A stretch of 64,000 nt of DNA from Octopus sinensis (GCF_006345805.1 NC_043012.1:59024001-59088000), one strand, 5' to 3'. Numbered from the stretch's first letter, positions 35,880-49,888 are shown. The notes: generated from the letters alone by a model not told the origin. Made by a program: numbers and translations.

Positions 35880-36192
35880 TGTATGTATGTATGTATGTAT
35901 GTATGTACGTATGTATGTATGTATGCGGACGTTCCGTGTGTAGTTCTTCAAATTACATTTGCAAAGACGCTCATACTGAAGAGCTACGGACAATTGCGTA
36001 AGTAAAATTGCGTAACTGTATAATATTGTGAAACATGTATAATATTAATCTATAATTATGTTTCCTTTCATTTGTGTTGCTCGCTTACGTTCTGGGGTTT
36101 GTTAAATTTTCTTGAGAACATTCTTTTCTTAGTGGTAAGACCATAGCGGATGTACTTGTAGCATAAGTGTTATCCACGTAGTGGTCATCCCA

Positions 36193-36259
<67 letters not shown>

Positions 36260-36534
36260 TACATATATTTATGTATGTGGATTAGTTTTCTTCATCATCT
36301 CGGTACCAATATCCAATACTGCTTCTTTTGCATTTAGAATGGCGCAGTTCTGTCTTAGCAAAATTCAGTTTGGAATAGTTTACAAAGCTGAATGCCATCT
36401 GGAATCTCAGCACAGGGCAAGATTTTACAAATCACTAACTGTATTCAAATGGTGAATAGATGATCGGAAGGCGTCACGTTTTCATAAACACGAAACTTAC
36501 TGAACCAAATAACATTGGAAAATGAAGCATCCCT

Positions 36535-36541
36535 ACTACTA

Positions 36542-36576
<35 letters not shown>

Positions 36577-36584
36577 CACTACTT

Positions 36585-36617
<33 letters not shown>

Positions 36618-36762
36618 ATACTAATACTACTACTGCTACTGTTACTACTACTACTGCTGCTACTGCTACCCTACTATTCTTACTAGTGCTACTGCTACCA
36701 CCACCACCTTCAATACAACCACCAATACCACCACTACTGCTACCTTGGCGGCCATAAAAACG

Positions 36763-36800
<38 letters not shown>

Positions 36801-37160
36801 AACTACTATTATTACTACTACTACTGCTACTACTACCAAAACTGCTACCAGATCCTTCAACGCTGTTACCACCACCAACACCACCGGTACTACTTGTGTA
36901 TGTTACGACGATGAGAACGACTACTACTACTATTACTACTACTGATGGTACCACTACTACCACTACTACTACTGCTACTACTACTACTACTACTATTACT
37001 ACAACTACTATTACTACTACTACTGCTACTACTACCAAAACTGCTACCAGATCCTTCAAAGCAGTCACCACCACCAACACCACCGTGTATGTTACGACGA
37101 TGAGAACGACTACTACTACTATTACTACTACTGATGGTGCCACTACTACCACCACCACTA

Positions 37161-37192
<32 letters not shown>

Positions 37193-37373
37193 TTACTACA
37201 ACTACTATTACTACCACTACTGCTACTACTACCAAAACTGCTATCAACTCCTTCAATGCAGTCACCACCACCAACATCACCGGTACTACTTGTGTATGTT
37301 ACGACGATGAGAACGACTACTACTACTATTACTACTACTGATGGTGCCACTACTACCACTACTACTACTGCTG

Positions 37374-37406
<33 letters not shown>

Positions 37407-37565
37407 TTACTACAACTACTATTACTACCACTACTGCTACTACTACCAAAACTGCTATCAACTCCTTCAATGCAGTCACCACCACCAACATCACCGGTAC
37501 TACTTGTGTATGTTACGACGATGAGAACGACTACTACTACTACTATTACTACTACTGATGGTGCC

Positions 37566-37627
<62 letters not shown>

Positions 37628-37630
37628 AAC
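36535..37630. repeat. higher-order (ACT)n-based minisatellite
   Basis: Recurrent ~180-230-bp units containing aaaactgcta.ca..tccttcaa.gc.gt.accaccaccaaca.cacc...gtgtatgttacgacgatgagaacgac. Confidence 0.9.
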
Positions 37631-38330
37631 AGACGAATTTTCTTCTTTTGATTCGTTCTACATAGCATTTCAGATTAGTCTTGCAGACTGGAAACAACTT
37701 GGAATGTAAGGAATTCACTTCCGCTATTCACGTATACCAATGTAACATAATTTTCGTCTTCACGTATCCTTGGTCATTTAGAAAGCAGAAGAGAAATTAA
37801 AAAAAAAAAAAAGATGTTGATGGCACCAATAAATTCTTGACGCTTTGTATTTTTAACAGCAACGTAATAACCGAGCTTCCCCATAAATATATCTGCATAA
37901 TACAGGAATCACTCCTTTATGGCAAAAGTATTTGAAATATCGTACAGTTCCATGTCAGTGCTATCATGAAATGAGCCCTTATAAAAGTAAAATCAGCTTA
38001 TTTTTCACTACTGAACAGAAACCAATTAGAACGTATTAGGAGATCGTGATAAATATGGCCTTCTATTTTATTGTGTATCACTTACTTCTTGGTTGTATAT
38101 TGTCAAATAGGTTTATCCGTTATATTTAGATCTGATTTGTTACATGAAAGACGTATATGTATTTTTCTCATAACTAGATATACCGTTGTTTCATTCGTTC
38201 AACACCTTGCTAATAACACACACCCAATGGATTTATTCGTGCGTTTGTGCACATACACGCGCACACTCACACACGAAAATCCCACTTACAGGTTTTTACA
38301 CATACATATATACGTATATACATACATACG

Positions 38331-38363
<33 letters not shown>

Positions 38364-38384
38364 TATATATAAATATATGGGTGC

Positions 38385-38422
<38 letters not shown>

Positions 38423-38727
38423 CACGTACGTATATATGTGTGTACATACATACACACACACACACATATATATATATAGATATATATAGATATGTACGCA
38501 AATATGCGTACATATGTACATACATAGGTACATACATAAGCGCATACATACCAAAATATGTAAATATATATATGTATATATATATGTACATATATATATG
38601 TACATATGCAAACATACATATATACATACATATATATCTATATATTTACGTACGTATGTATATGCAGAGGTGGCACATGTCTGACTCACAGTTGCACTTG
38701 CTCAAGCATAGCCACGTACACACAGAT

Positions 38728-38778
<51 letters not shown>

Positions 38779-39038
38779 TACACTCCTACATTTCTCATTT
38801 ATCATCTGAAATCAAATGGTTTGTCAGTAAAACCTTTATTTTCCATTTTCCTGTTGTTATTGCTAATTAAGAAAAGTAAACAGAAGTTTCTGTTCTGTAT
38901 ATCACATCAAAGAAACAGGATAGTTATACGAGTTTAGTTGCTTTTCTACAAAAGGCATTTCATACACAAAAGCCTTTTGTTGTTTCTGTTCAGGAAACAA
39001 ATGTAAATGCGAAGTAAGCGATAAATATTAGAGCAATG

Positions 39039-39069
<31 letters not shown>

Positions 39070-39091
39070 TATTATATATATATATATATAT

Positions 39092-39145
<54 letters not shown>

Positions 39146-40759
39146 ATATATATTTGTAACCCGTCGACCCAACAGTAAATTTACTTCGTTATCCATATGA
39201 TCTATGCTTTAGAATATAGAGGATCGAACGCCATAAAGGAAAAAGCGTATCATGTACAGGAAATCCGAAACTTAACTCGGTTTCAATTCATGGCTTAACC
39301 GACCTCCTTTTTGTTACGTACGTCTCTAATACTGCCGAAAATGTCATGATCAGTCCATTTCACATTCTATCTGTTTTTCTTTTTTTATAAAATAGTGGCT
39401 TTCTTTTTGCTCAATACGTAATCAGTATTTCAGTGTTCTGAAGAATAGAGATTTGACGTAAACTGCATATCGCTACAGGTTACATATATTCTTTAAATGA
39501 TTTCAGTTTCTTTTCATTTTATTATAGACTGCGGTGGCTATTCTGTGGTATATATTGTCTGCTAGGTTGTTTGTTAAATATATTGCCTCCGGGATATCTG
39601 CAATGCAGAATTCAAGAGTCTTAGGTTGTAGTTTACGTCAGCGATCATAATCCAGAGAAGCAACTTTGTGCTTACATTAACAGAAATATAAAGCAAAATG
39701 GTAAGCGATGTTACTATATTTACTATATAAGGCTGTTTCAGAAATATTTAGGCGTTACCATTTCAGACTAGAATCATTTGTGAAAGATAAAGAAATGAAA
39801 CGTCTTTGTTCCTCTTTGGGCGTGGGTGTGTTTTCGTGTGTGGGGCGCGAATGGGTATATATGTCTGTGCGTATGTACGTGTGTGTGTATATTTATATGT
39901 ATATGTATCGATGCAGTTGAAACCTGTGTAGGTCTGTTCGAAACTATATATATATATACATATATATATGAAGGTAGAATTAAAGGAACTCTTTTCGTAC
40001 GCGGAAAGACATTATCTGCAACTGGCAGAAGAGTAATGTGCGCGGAAATGTATGTCGGTACTGGCGATGGAGAGGTATTTAACTGTTGTACGCATAAACC
40101 CAAGCCCAGACACAACTCACAGCTCACACATATGTATGTCTATGTGTGTGTGCTTGTATCTGACAAGATACATACTCAGTTTTCATTGGCTAAATTCCAG
40201 TCACATAACAGTGTTCAACCAGTGGCAAGTGAAGAAACCAGGTGTCCAAGTTATACGCCATGGAATCAAACACCGAATCCTGCGATGCACTGCACACTCC
40301 ATAACTTCATTCCTTTTTTTTAATACTACACCAAATATACACTAGTGTCCAACTCTGCAGTATAATATTTGGCCTGTTAACTGGAGCTATTATGACTAAG
40401 CAACAAATGATCGTCTACGTACCCACACGACTTGCTCGAAATAGCAGCCGATTTTTTTAATTTTAATAAGGTACTACTGAACGGTAGCTTAAAAAGAGAC
40501 ACATAATTACAGGAAACGTCAACGATCTTTTCAAGATTGAATCAACTCCTATTTGAAAGCTTTCAGATCCGTTTGAGAAGAAGTATAGTCCTTCTATCCT
40601 TTCCCGCCCTATACGATGGGATAACTTTTTCCACTTTATATTTATTTATTGTTGTGAGCTGGAGGAAGATCAATGATCAGAGTGTTTTCATGTCACTTGA
40701 ACGCATTACAACCGAAGTTGTATAGTTCTTGAACGGTTGAATGATACAGTTGTAGGAAA

Positions 40760-41160
40760 ATCAAGTGCAGGGTGGGTAGTATTCACATGAATCGAATTTC
40801 CCTAGAGGAGAAAATGGATGTAAAAGTTAGTGCCTACTACAATTAAATTCTTGCCTAAATTAGCATAAGAATCACAAATGTTTTAATGCCTATAACATTA
40901 AGGTTAGCTATCCTTGGCTAGATAACATTGGACGCTATAACAAAAAGCACATTCACCTGCAGAAACTTGACATCATGCACCAACTTGTAACACATGAAGT
41001 CTCGCCAACTGTGTGGGTCCTGTGTCTCAAAGGCCGTGGTCTATGTAGACACTCTCACACTGCTTGATAGTATCCAAGAAAAAAACTAAGTCTAATCCTT
41101 AATGTCACAAGGGAAGATTGACGCAGGAACACTTCTCGTTACAGAGAGAGGGAAACCTCC
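40760..41160 (+). mobile_element. Penelope-like GIY-YIG region remnant
   Basis: KVSYPWLDNIGRYN...C..L..C...GSCVSKAVVY, resembling the PLE C-terminal motif KLSYSC..N...C.C...CPL.G.C....VVY. Confidence 0.5.
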
Positions 41161-41364
41161 ACCTCTGTGTACCCTTCAGTAGTAGACTTAGTGACCATCC
41201 TAGAATGGGAATCTTCTTTTTTGTTTGTTTTTTACATATCTGGGGCTCTTAACTGGCATCTCTCACTTTCTGAGAAACTGCATGTATTTCAACAGTCTGA
41301 CATCGAATAAACATCCAGTTATATCTGTATATTTGCAAATATGCAGACAAACCGACGGATAGAT

Positions 41365-41394
41365 AGATAGATAGAGAGACAGACTGACATAAAT

Positions 41395-41480
<86 letters not shown>

Positions 41481-41554
41481 GGCTGGATGGATGGATGGAT
41501 GGATGAATGGATGGATGAATGGATGGATGGATGGATAGATAGATCGATAGATAC

Positions 41555-41629
<75 letters not shown>

Positions 41630-41725
41630 TAGATAGATAGGTGGGCGGATAGATGGATGAATGGATGGACGGACAGACAGACAGACAGGCAGGCAGGCAG
41701 ACAGATAGATAGAGAGAGAGAGAGA
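41365..41725. repeat. compound tetranucleotide array (GATA)/(GGAT)/(GACA)/(GGCA)
   Basis: Seen directly; source of the LSIY/PSIH ORFs. Confidence 0.95.
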
Positions 41726-44193
41726 ACGGGAGAAGGAGAGAGATGTATACATCTACACATTTACATGCAATCAAACGCCCACTCTATCTCACTCTCTCCC
41801 ATATACATAGACTACAGGTTTCCATACATTATCTATCAAATTCTGGCCTAAACCATCCGACCGTTTGAAGTGAGATATCCAGCATTACATTGTTTAATAG
41901 ATCCAGTTTTATTATTATGTAGACTGTCGGATATGAGTGGATAGACATTTGGCTGCTATTTCTTAAAGTTCGTGCGACATCATCCACGCTCCATCATTGG
42001 CTTGGAGTCACCGCTGTAGTTACCAAGGTTACTGCATTATCAACAAATGCTACAATGTGAAATTCTAATCGTACTACAGTCGGATATTGAAAGGCAAATG
42101 TTCTAAAAGACTGACTTATTTATCCTTGCTATATCACACAAATGTGATGTAAATTCTGTTGTGTCCCAGCAACACAATCGGTCAGGGGACTTTTGACCTC
42201 ATTATTTTAATTATCATTATAATTAACATTCCTTTTACGTTTCTCCAATTGAATATTGTATGTGCTGAAATCGTTATGTTCAGATAGACTTATTCGTACA
42301 ATAGCTTGCAAGAATATTAATCAAATTTACTGAATAATTTCAGATGTCTGGATATTCCTCTTTATCCTAAACTAAAATTCAACCATGGCAGTGCATAATA
42401 ATGAAGCTTCAGAAAATAAACTGTATCTCATTCGGTTTCTATGCTTAGTCAGATAGTTCAACAACTAAAAGCGAAGTATTTGCAGTGATAAATGAAGATA
42501 TTAGAGACTTGATACCAGTTTACTGACTAATGTGTAGACAATAGCGTTTAAGATAATCGAAATTACACATTTCATATTTGAAGTTTATTAATCATAATTT
42601 TTCAAATAACTTACAAATTTGACCAGTTCACACCAGCAATGACATTTGCTGATATTGATTGCTGCTCCGAGAAATCGGTTGTAACCACGAGATTCTGAGT
42701 GAGAAAAATATGTAAAACGGAATGCATGACTTGTACAGAAATCGATGCAACATATGAGAACATAAGTCTGTAAGGCAAGTAGCATTTATTAAAGTATCAA
42801 GAACGATGACAGATGTAAAATGTGTATGAAGCAGATTTAACCCAACTGGGAAATAATAGCCGCATTTTGATTGGAGGAAAAGCAGATGCAGATAGCTTAA
42901 GCGAGAAGTTCAGACTAAAAAAAAAAAAAAACAATATGAATAATGTTAAGAGTTTCTTCATATGAGGCGACATATTATTACAAAGTATAGTCACAATTTT
43001 ATGGTTTCTATATTTGTCGGTATTGGGTTTTCTCGAAACAAAATGCAGAGTTGAAATGAGAAGTGGCTCTATTAGCATGAAAGTCACAAGTCGTTGAGAA
43101 GCAGGCGCTACTGAGTTGTTTTCTAAATTTTCTATAACAAGCTTTGGCTTGTTTCCATAAAACATGGAAGAAAATTGATTCTTAATAAAATTAGATTAGC
43201 AATGGTGAGTGGCTGGGTATTAGGTGGAGGGGGCATGGTTTTATGAGTGTATTGACTGGATTATTCACCTTTGTAATGTCAACTAAATTTAGTCTGCTAT
43301 GTCGAGAATAGTTGAAGAATTAAACTTTGGCAGTTGTTGAAGATGGCAGTGTTCCACTGGTAACAGGAATTTAGAAAGAGCTTATGTCAGATATATTTAG
43401 ATTAATTTTAGATGTTGGTTCACTTCTTTTGGAAAATCTACTTCTATAGGACAAAATTTATTTACTTTCAGAAAATCTAATTCTATCTGCGAAACTTTAT
43501 TTGCTTTCAAGAAATCTGACTGTATCGACATAAATCTCTTTCCTCTTTCCACAAATTAGGTGTCAATTGCGAAAATGTCAAAATCGTGAAATAATTTTTG
43601 AAAAAGTAATATACGTTGAGGAAATTTTACGTTTTAAATAATCATAAACATCCTAAGAAACTAAGCTATAATGTTGTCAAAACCTTAATCAAACAATCTT
43701 CTCTTTGTGGATGAATGAATGTATATGTATAAACTCATTAGGACATTATATTCTAACAAATACAAGCTTCTGTGCACACATCCAAATTGAAATTTGCATT
43801 TAATCTTGTTATATGAGATTTAACTACATCGAAATTAAAATACGAAGCTAGCAAGCGAATAATTCCATTTTTATTCAATAATAAATCTGCATATAACACA
43901 AAACCGCGAGGAAATATGTTCGTTTCATCAATTGTGTATTTTTGGTTTTCTCTTTTTAGCTATCCCTTAATCATACAGTTATAGAAATAGCTCCCTTCCT
44001 CACTCTCTCTCTCTGTCTCCCTCTCCCTCATTCACTCATTCACTCACTACTTCTTTCCCCTCTCTCTTCCACTACCTCTGCTTTTAATTCCTCGTAACCG
44101 CCGCAACCATGTTAACATAGTTCGATTCGATGAACAAATGTATTTTTCTCCGTCTTTTATTTCAATTTTCGTGTTCTTCTCATATTCTCCTAG

Positions 44194-44278
44194 TGAGCCA
44201 GTACTTAACATCATTGTGAGGAGTCTTCTTCGAAACACGCAACCTAGGCGCCAACAATCGAGAAATTTAGACATAGCT
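44194..44278 (+). CDS. candidate internal exon (EPVLNIIVRSLLRNTQPRRQQSRNLDIA)
   Basis: Strong acceptor ttttcgtgttcttctcatattctcctag and donor GTAAGT; 85 nt with one open frame; may be non-coding. Confidence 0.25.
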
Positions 44279-44894
44279 GTAAGTTAGTGTCATTATTATT
44301 TATTTAGTATTTTTGTACATTATTTTATTATATGATTTTTTTCTTATTTCGTAGTATATCAATATCGATCTTTATGTAAAACACATAATAAACTCGGGAA
44401 AAAGATAAAATAGAGGCAGAATCAAGAAACACCAAGGTCAATGCAGCAGGCTGCGCCAAGGTCATTAGAGGTAGATTAATAACATTCTTTTTCCCTACAT
44501 AAATGTATATAAAATTTTCCTTTAACTAATAAATCATATCATCAGATCACATTTGTAGAAAAATACCACCATCGCCAACACCAGAAGCACCACCACCACC
44601 GCCACAACCACTACAATTGCCACTACATCTACTCCGCTGAAAAACCGAAAACAACAAAATTTCCGAGGATTGTTAAAACGTCAAGAAATAATGTATGCAT
44701 TACAATTATGTATATAGTATTCGGTTTGTGTTTATAAAGATAACAAAACAAGAGTTATTTATCTGAAATCAGTCAAATGTAATTTCACAAACCATACATA
44801 TATAATACGCATTATCACGTGTGTTTCTACGTATGTTTGTATACATGTTTATATATATATATGTATGTATATATATATATACATATATATATAC

Positions 44895-44964
<70 letters not shown>

Positions 44965-45192
44965 GGATATGTATAAATATATGTGTATATGCCGGAACAT
45001 ACATTGTACGATACGCTATACTTTCTATTTTTTGACTCGTGACTAGATTAAATCCTAAAGCTACGGATGCTGAGCCGACGCTTCTACCATTTCAACTACA
45101 GTTCATATTTGAATCCACTATGTATTTTCTCGAGGCGCTTAGAGACGAGAAGCAAGCATGCACACATGCACACACACGCACACACACACACA

Positions 45193-45230
<38 letters not shown>

Positions 45231-45371
45231 GTGCACAACGAGGTCCATGCACATATATACACAATAAAAACCAACGGTAACAATAGCTCGCAAGAAGATG
45301 AGGCCCGTTAGCAGGCATAACCAGCGCTTATGCAAGACAGGCGCGAGTAAACTTAGATCATGTCACCGCAC

Positions 45372-45581
45372 TCAAAACTTCACATAGCGAAACATGGAAG
45401 ATGCAATACAAGAAACAAGAGAGTATTCTGCATCAAAACAGGGATGGCACTCATTTTCAGCAACATAAATTGGGGAATAGGTTAGCATTTGACATGTTGG
45501 CCTCTCATATATAGGGGGTTCCATTCTTGACACGGATGGTGCGACATTTTCATAAGGAAACTCCTTCAATTCAAGTTCCTT
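45372..45581 (-). CDS. candidate exon rich in Tyr motifs (KELELKEFPYENV...PIYERP...PIYVAEN...AEYSLV...)
   Basis: 69-codon open frame in non-repetitive sequence after a weak acceptor (gtgtaatcag); composition resembles receptor cytoplasmic tails. Confidence 0.25.
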   Translation of the reverse strand, partial: KELELKEFPYENVAPSVSRMEPPIYERPTCQMLTYSPIYVAENECHPCFDAEYSLVSCIASSMFRYVKF

Positions 45582-45683
45582 CTGATTACACACTTCAAAA
45601 ATCTACATTCACAAACATACATACACTAAATATACACCTACACGCACATACAAAGACAACAAAAAGAAAGTATGACATACCTG

Positions 45684-45719
<36 letters not shown>

Positions 45720-45723
<4 letters not shown>

Positions 45724-46060
45724 ATTTTAGAAAATCGTGTGGTAAACAAACACACGAATGTATACCCAATACACAGAGGAAAGGAAAACACAGGTCACCA
45801 GCTCATCTTCAGTTATAGGCCAGAGTTTCAAGCGCAATTTCGGACATTATCGATAATATTGCTTCCACCCTGGAGACACCGGCAAAAAATTTACCCTGAA
45901 TGGGACCTAAACATAGCAAAACGAGACGGGCTTGAGACGAGACCGTTATATTAACGGACGGTCGATATAAATCAAAGCAGTTTGATTTAAACGTGATGGT
46001 ACTCTTGAGTTTCCAGCGCGATGCTACCCGTCAGCAATTTTGAATTTGCATAACAGAAGT
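45720..46060 (+). mobile_element. probable Penelope-like 3' remnant with decayed hammerhead-like hairpins
   Basis: gaccgt...acggtc stem between degenerate core motifs; taaatcaaa-gcag-tttgattta hairpin; assignment inferred. Confidence 0.3.
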
Positions 46061-46065
46061 TGGTT

Positions 46066-46895
46066 GTTATTACCGTAAGGTGGACTGCGATTGATCAAAG
46101 AAGGTCACACGTTGCTGTGATTTGATGTTGGTATATGGGTAACAGTTAGTTGGAAAATACTGCGTGGCGAACAGGAAATTGACAACGTGGAGGAAAGGAA
46201 ATAGACTAGAAATCGGTCAGGTTGTTGATGGGGGAGTAAGAAGGGCCGGCATGTGGAAGTATATAGTTCTGTATGTGGGTTTGTAGACGCGCTCATATAG
46301 TTTTGTGTAGATATTTATATTCATGTGAGCGTGCGAATATGTACATAGGCACGCACGCGCATGTCTGCACACGCAAACACACACACATACACATGTATAT
46401 GCACACATGCACACACATACGCGCATACACACATGGGTATTCATTCATATGTGCATATGCATATTCACATATATGTACGCATGCATACCAGTCTGCGAGC
46501 ACACATGCATGCGCGTACACATGTACATTCACACGCACGCGTGCGCAAATATACTCACACAAAGCAAGTGTTGGGGATTGGTACGCGATGCGAATTGGTA
46601 ACTGATGGGAGTTGGTATGCGTTTGGGGTTGGTAAAAGTTTGGGATTAGTAAATGGCGGTCCTGCACATGAGGTTGGTTGGTAGCGGTGACCTTGGTGCA
46701 GGCGGTACAGAGTAGCAGCTTGTGCTAAAGTGGTATATCCGGGTTGTCGGCAGTCAGAAGCTTGGATTTTGCCAGAAAGGCATATCCCTAGTGACAGCAA
46801 TACAGTATTTTCCAACTGTTACCCATATACCAACATCAAACCATGACATCGCCTGACCTTCTTCGACAAATCTCAACCCACCTTATGGTAATAAC
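46066..46895. mobile_element. element bounded by ~95-bp imperfect inverted repeats
   Basis: 46066-46162 matches the reverse complement of 46803-46895 (gttattacc.taaggtgg...tttgatgttggtatatgggtaacagtt...ggaaaatactg). Confidence 0.6.
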
Positions 46896-47018
46896 GATCA
46901 ACGTCTGTCATTCAGATACAAAATGGATGACGACTAGCCTCGCTCTTGGAAGTCAAGTGTACCAACGAATTTGAAACAAACTGCCTTGATCCATACATGT
47001 AACTCACAATAAATTGTT

Positions 47019-47068
<50 letters not shown>

Positions 47069-47110
47069 GAGGGGGAGAGAGACAAAAAAAACAGAGTATG
47101 ACATACCTGC

Positions 47111-47146
<36 letters not shown>

Positions 47147-48190
47147 GGAAAATCTGACGGTGCCAAGTCTGGACAGTATTGAGAATGAGGCACCACATCC
47201 CATACGAGTTCTTGAATCGCGGCCTTGGTCATATTTATGATGTGACAACGGGCGCTGTCGTGTTGCAGAAGAACGCCATTTTGCCTATTCACTCATTTTA
47301 GCTCAGCTGCTGCGTCGGTGCAGTTGTTGAACGTAGAGCTCCGTATTGAGTGTTCGGTTGCGCTCAAACATTTCGTAATGAATTATGCCTTCCCGGCCTC
47401 ACCATACATACAAAATGATCTTTCGAGAATGAAGGTCTTGTTTTGCTCGGGTAGTTGCTTGTTCGTCAGGGCTGATCTATTTTTCTTGCTTCTTCATATT
47501 GACGTAAAGGTACCATTTTTCGTCGTCAGTAACAACGCAGTAAAGAAAAAGCTGTTTGTGACCACGTATCGATCGATGTCCAGCGAGCAAACTGGCGGCA
47601 ATTGCGGAGTGTTGATTTTTGCGCTTTTCGCTTCAAATATGTGGCACCCAAGCGCCGAGATTCCCGAGATTCTGAACCTTGCCCGTTGAGTGCAGGTGGT
47701 TCGCCTCAGTTTTTTGTATCACATTCCATCTGTTCCGCGAATTCTCTGGTCGTTTGATGTGGATTTTCGCGAAGAATTTGATTCAATCGCTCTTCTTCGA
47801 ACTCAGTTGGTCGACTGATGTGTGATTCAAGCTTGAGGTCAACATTCTCACTTTTGAAGCGCGAAAACTAACAGCAGGTGGTACTTTGAGGCATGGTTTC
47901 TCCTCCATACACAGCACAAGCCTCACGAGTAGCTTGGGCGGGCTTAACACCTCGATTAAATGCAAAAAAGTAAATGATGTCGAAAATGCTCTTTTGTCCA
48001 CTTGACATTCCATTTTAATGCTGTGAAAATACGCAAAAATCAATAATATTAAAAAATCAATCACACTATCTTGTAGACCAAAACATTCTCTTTCAAATAA
48101 CATAAAACATTAAGGCAATGCATTTTATTTCAACGTGCTTGTTTAAATTTGAAAAAAAGAAAAACGCTTATGAATTATTCCTCAATGCAA
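47147..48190 (-). mobile_element. mariner transposon, 3'-truncated pseudogene
   Basis: MECQVDK.EHFRH, NGVLLQHDSARCH, VVPHSQYCPDLAPSDF motifs; TIR-like end near 48165-48190. Confidence 0.9.
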
Positions 48191-48399
48191 GAAATATAGA
48201 TATACAAAAATATACACAAATATACATATACACATACATGCATACATATATGCATGTACAAATATAGACATATTATGTGTATTTAAATAGACATAGATAT
48301 GTACATGGAGGAGGTAGACTTTTGAGGGGAGATGGGAAAACAATGTTCATTTATGTCTTGCAAACAACTTGCATATGCAAGTGCTACCAGTCGGGAACT

Positions 48400-48820
48400 C
48401 CGCATACCGGAAGCCAGCGAGTGTGTGTGATCATCAGGAGAGAATGCGCACCGTTTCGGGGTCTACCTCTGGACGCCATCAATGCGCACCTGTCTCGCCT
48501 CACTGATATGAGGCCCCGCTTGCTAGACCAACTGGTTATTAAATATAGCTCAATATCCCTCTAGCCATCGCTCATAGTCTCTTTTTAACCAAGTCCAGCG
48601 GCTAGCCTTCTCCACTGTGGTTTGGATATCTGTCATTGTGGTATTTAGTTTACGATGAGTTAGGCCTAACGATAACAACAGTCGTCTCACACTATGTCCA
48701 ACAAACCCTCTACATCCGTTTTCCAGCCTGCGTCTTCACATTCCTCTAGGAGGTTTACGTAACGGTCAATCTTTCGAGCGGCGTCCATGTTATCTTCATA
48801 ATGAACCGTTAACTCGACTA
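48400..48820 (-). mobile_element. RTE LINE 3' remnant
   Basis: Decayed F.GHSVRR...TTMTD...WRRL C-terminal motifs. Confidence 0.5.
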
Positions 48821-49394
48821 GATTCACAACATTCTTTCCTTCACACTGCAAACAAGAAGAAAATCAGAGATACACATTTACTGAAAGGATAAGAATAAAG
48901 AGCGTGTGTCGTAAAGAAAATTTGGAAAGGGAATGGCAGAATGGAACAGAAGAATTATGGTATTGACCCCTAGTATAAGTAAATTATTACAGTTATTTAT
49001 GGGCCCGAAGATCTCAATTTTTGTAACTTTTTCTTTCAGGTTAGACGTAGCAGAATTAGAACTCAGATTGCGTAATGTCGGAACAGATTCAACAACGAAT
49101 TTCGTCCAACACATTCAGTTTCTGCGAATTTAAAACATCGGGCTACTAATTAATTGATGCACATTTAGTTGTGGAAAAGCAGTGTTGACCTGGGTAGAGA
49201 AAGAATATGAAAGGAAAACAAGAACACATAGTTGTGTTCTTAGGACTCGCCGTCAGATACACTGTGTATATGTGATGAACATGATGTTTCGGAGTGACAA
49301 ATATTTCCCTAGGTCACCAGTGTTCGGCCAAGCCTGACCTTTCTTTCTTGGTTCGACCACTGTCCGTGCAACATCTGTATTCTTCCCTGTGCCT

Positions 49395-49888
<494 letters not shown>

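Noticed and set aside
36445-37494. 349-aa Val/Ser-rich minus-strand ORF as a membrane protein
   Set aside because: Antisense of an (ACT)n array; it alternates between GTA and AGT phases and has no credible start or domain
38080-38130. Minus-strand AG...GTAAGT-bounded segment
   Set aside because: Stops in all three frames and a weak acceptor
40520-40760. 62-aa plus-strand ORF after a tttcag acceptor
   Set aside because: More likely the antisense of a decayed CR1-like 3' end; no donor and no recognisable product
42400-43500. 122-aa minus-strand ORF and surrounding coding-like composition
   Set aside because: No splice signals or motif I can name; possibly a heavily decayed LINE, but too weak to call
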